Below are positions 62,283 to 64,000 of a DNA stretch of 64,000 nt, piece after piece. The stretch comes from Acidimicrobiia bacterium (lineage in GTDB: Bacteria; Actinomycetota; Acidimicrobiia; Spongiisociales; ZC4RG35). The notes under the pieces are model-generated. The model did no database searches and was not told where the DNA came from. It saw only the letters and a list, made by a program, of their open reading frames with translations. Position numbers and translations under genes: made by a program. Location: NCBI GenBank assembly GCA_050742015.1, contig JBOGEV010000281.1, positions 6,141-70,140 on the forward strand, written 5' to 3'. The first letter of the stretch is position 1; every line of letters starts with the position of its first letter.

Positions 62283-62297
62283 GCCGGAGGCAGCAGG

Positions 62298-63230
62298 TCA
62301 GCGTCCCTCGGTGCGCGGATCGAGCACATCGCGCAATCCGTCCCCCACCAGGTTGAATGAGAGGGCCCAGAGGAAAACCATCAGGCCGGGGAAGGTAGAC
62401 GTCCACCATCGCCCGGCGATGATGTCGGCCTGGCCCTCACTGACCAGGGTGCCCCACTCCGCCTGACCGGCCACTGCCAACCCGATGAATGCGAGGGTGG
62501 CCCCCAGGAGGACGGCGTGGCCCATGTCGAGCGTGCCCTGAACCGCCACCGGGGTGAAAGAGTTGGGGAGGATGTCGCGGCGAATGATCCCAAACCTCGA
62601 GTCACCGATTGCCTTGGCCGCATCGACATAGTCCTCCTCTCGAACCTGGAGGATCTGACTTCGGATGATGCGGGCGTAGCGCGCCCACATGATCGCCACC
62701 AATGCGACCACGATGTTGGTGAACGATGGGCCGAGGACGGCGGCGATCGCCAACGGGAAGACCAATGTCGGGATGGAGAGGAAGACGTCGACCACTCTCA
62801 TCAACATGGCATCGACCTTCCCTCCGACGATCCCGGCGATGCTGCCAACGACGAGACCGATCATTGCGGCTCCCGCCACCACGTAGATAGAGAGCTGAAG
62901 GGAGAGCCGGGCGCCCCAGACGATGCCGTACAGGACATCGCCGCCCAGACGAGTCGTGCCCAAAGGGTGGCCCTCGGTTCCCGGCGGAGCGGCCACGGCG
63001 CTCAGGTCGCGCGGCATCTGAAAAGCCCCGCGCGGGTTCTCGGGGACGATGAGCGGGGCGAAGATCGCCATCGCCAGTAGGAGAAGGATCACGATCGCGC
63101 CGAAGGCGGTGCTGCCCCGGCTGAACACCTCCTTGGTGGTCCCCATGAGACGCCGGGTCTTCACCCGCAGCGGGCTATCGGTGACCACGACAGGGGCCCT
63201 CTCGGCGCGCACAGTCAGAGAACGGGCCAC
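62298..63230 (-). CDS. ABC transporter permease, DppC/OppC type
   Basis: ORF of 310 aa. It has AIFAPLIVPENP and the EAA-like region EDYVDAAKAIGDSRFGIIRRDILPN. Confidence 0.85.
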   Translation of the reverse strand: MARSLTVRAERAPVVVTDSPLRVKTRRLMGTTKEVFSRGSTAFGAIVILLLLAMAIFAPLIVPENPRGAFQMPRDLSAVAAPPGTEGHPLGTTRLGGDVLYGIVWGARLSLQLSIYVVAGAAMIGLVVGSIAGIVGGKVDAMLMRVVDVFLSIPTLVFPLAIAAVLGPSFTNIVVALVAIMWARYARIIRSQILQVREEDYVDAAKAIGDSRFGIIRRDILPNSFTPVAVQGTLDMGHAVLLGATLAFIGLAVAGQAEWGTLVSEGQADIIAGRWWTSTFPGLMVFLWALSFNLVGDGLRDVLDPRTEGR

Positions 63231-64000
63231 TAGGTCTTCCTCAAGACGACACGTCGGTCGAGATACCCGTACAGGACATCCACGGCCATGTTGATGGTCA
63301 CGAAGAGGATGCTGGTGAAGATGACGAAGGCGAGCGTTGTGCCCTGATCCCCGCTGAGCACTGAGTCAGCCATCCAGTTGCCTAGACCCGGCCAGCCGAA
63401 GATGGTCTCCACCACCACGGTGCCTTCGAACATGATCCCGATCGAGAGCCCGATGACGGTGAGGGTCGGGATGAAGGCATTGCGACGGGCATGACGACGC
63501 ACCACGAGATTCTCCGGCAGGCCGCGTGCCCGGGCCGCGTCGACATAGTCCTTCCCCATTTCCTCGAGGAGGGAGGAGCGCATCATCCTGGTGACGATGC
63601 CGACGGCGGCGTAGCCGAGGGTCAGGGCGGGTAGGACCAGGTGCCACAACGCGTCCCTGAGTGCGTTGAGGTTCCCCGCGAGAATTGCGTCGATGGTGTA
63701 GAAGTTGGTCGGGTGGGGGATGCTGTTCCAGATCGCCGCGTCGGATCTGCCGTGGGGGAACCAGCCCAAATACGACCAGAAGATGATGAGCAGAATGATC
63801 CCGAGCCAGAAGGTAGGCATGCTGGCCCCACCGACGGCGACGACTCCCGCGAATTGGTCTCCCATGCGATTGCGGCGACGCGCTGCAAAGGTGCCCAGGC
63901 CGATGCCGAGGGTCACCGCCCAGAGAGCTGCGAACGCTCCCAGTTCGAAGGATGCCGGGATCCTCGCCTTGAAGACGTCAACCACTGGCGCCGCGGAGAC
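63230..64000 (-). CDS. ABC transporter permease, DppB/OppB type; 5' end beyond the window
   Basis: The track ORF 63230..63985 starts at an internal Met. The frame stays open to 64000. It has KDYVDAARARGLPENLVVRRHARRNAFIP. Its stop shares one nucleotide with the DppC-type start. Confidence 0.8.
   Translation of the reverse strand, partial: VSAAPVVDVFKARIPASFELGAFAALWAVTLGIGLGTFAARRRNRMGDQFAGVVAVGGASMPTFWLGIILLIIFWSYLGWFPHGRSDAAIWNSIPHPTNFYTIDAILAGNLNALRDALWHLVLPALTLGYAAVGIVTRMMRSSLLEEMGKDYVDAARARGLPENLVVRRHARRNAFIPTLTVIGLSIGIMFEGTVVVETIFGWPGLGNWMADSVLSGDQGTTLAFVIFTSILFVTINMAVDVLYGYLDRRVVLRKT

Noticed and set aside
1-64000. Mobile elements, prophage or genomic-island boundaries (integrase, transposase, tRNA-flanked direct repeats)
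   Set aside because: I recognised no integrase, transposase, recombinase or phage-like ORF. There are no tRNA genes and no evident compositional break by eye. The 33-64 kb region looks accessory by gene content only.

Overview
GC-rich chromosomal segment of actinobacterial type, judged from a WhiB-family gene, an F420-type LLM oxidoreductase, many 1-8 nt start/stop overlaps, and long antisense shadow ORFs. I call about 55 protein-coding genes. I saw no rRNA, tRNA, CRISPR array, integrase or transposase.

Gene content, left to right:
- 1-4.8 kb: ALDH7-type dehydrogenase (cut by the window edge), RidA, a divergent Fe-S carrier pair (HesB/IscA and Mrp/ApbC), DUF937 and RDD proteins.
- 4.9-19 kb: a 1269-aa tandem-cyclase/P-loop/TPR STAND protein; a 2672-aa secreted giant protein (two beta-helix modules, PINSI repeats, PPC domain, gingipain-like module, Ig/PKD domains, RTX repeats); and a convergent SulP-STAS-cNMP transporter.
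- 19.3-21.9 kb: a NUDIX/MBL/M23-peptidase operon.
- 22-25.1 kb: selA-selB.
- 25.1-28.5 kb: WhiB, NfeD, and a response regulator with a histidine kinase.
- 28.7-33.3 kb: a sugar-type ABC operon. A 66-bp x3 in-frame tandem repeat sits between its two permease genes.
- 33-64 kb: an accessory-looking catabolic island. It holds two LacI regulators, two creatininase-family genes, two creatinase-like M24 genes, four alpha/beta or CocE-type hydrolases, a lone Mo-hydroxylase large subunit, several oxidoreductases, an LVIVD propeller, an MFS transporter, TauE, and a split Dpp/Opp-type ABC system.

Main hunt results:
1. One LacI-type palindrome (about RCAAWCGWTTGY) recurs in eight promoter gaps across the island and appears to define a single cryptic regulon.
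2. The architecture of the giant secreted protein.
3. A MIRU-like intercistronic coding repeat.
4. A C1/C2-like pseudo-heterodimeric tandem cyclase.
5. A small dispersed hairpin repeat family.

All family calls come from reading the translations and recalling motifs. No database search was run.
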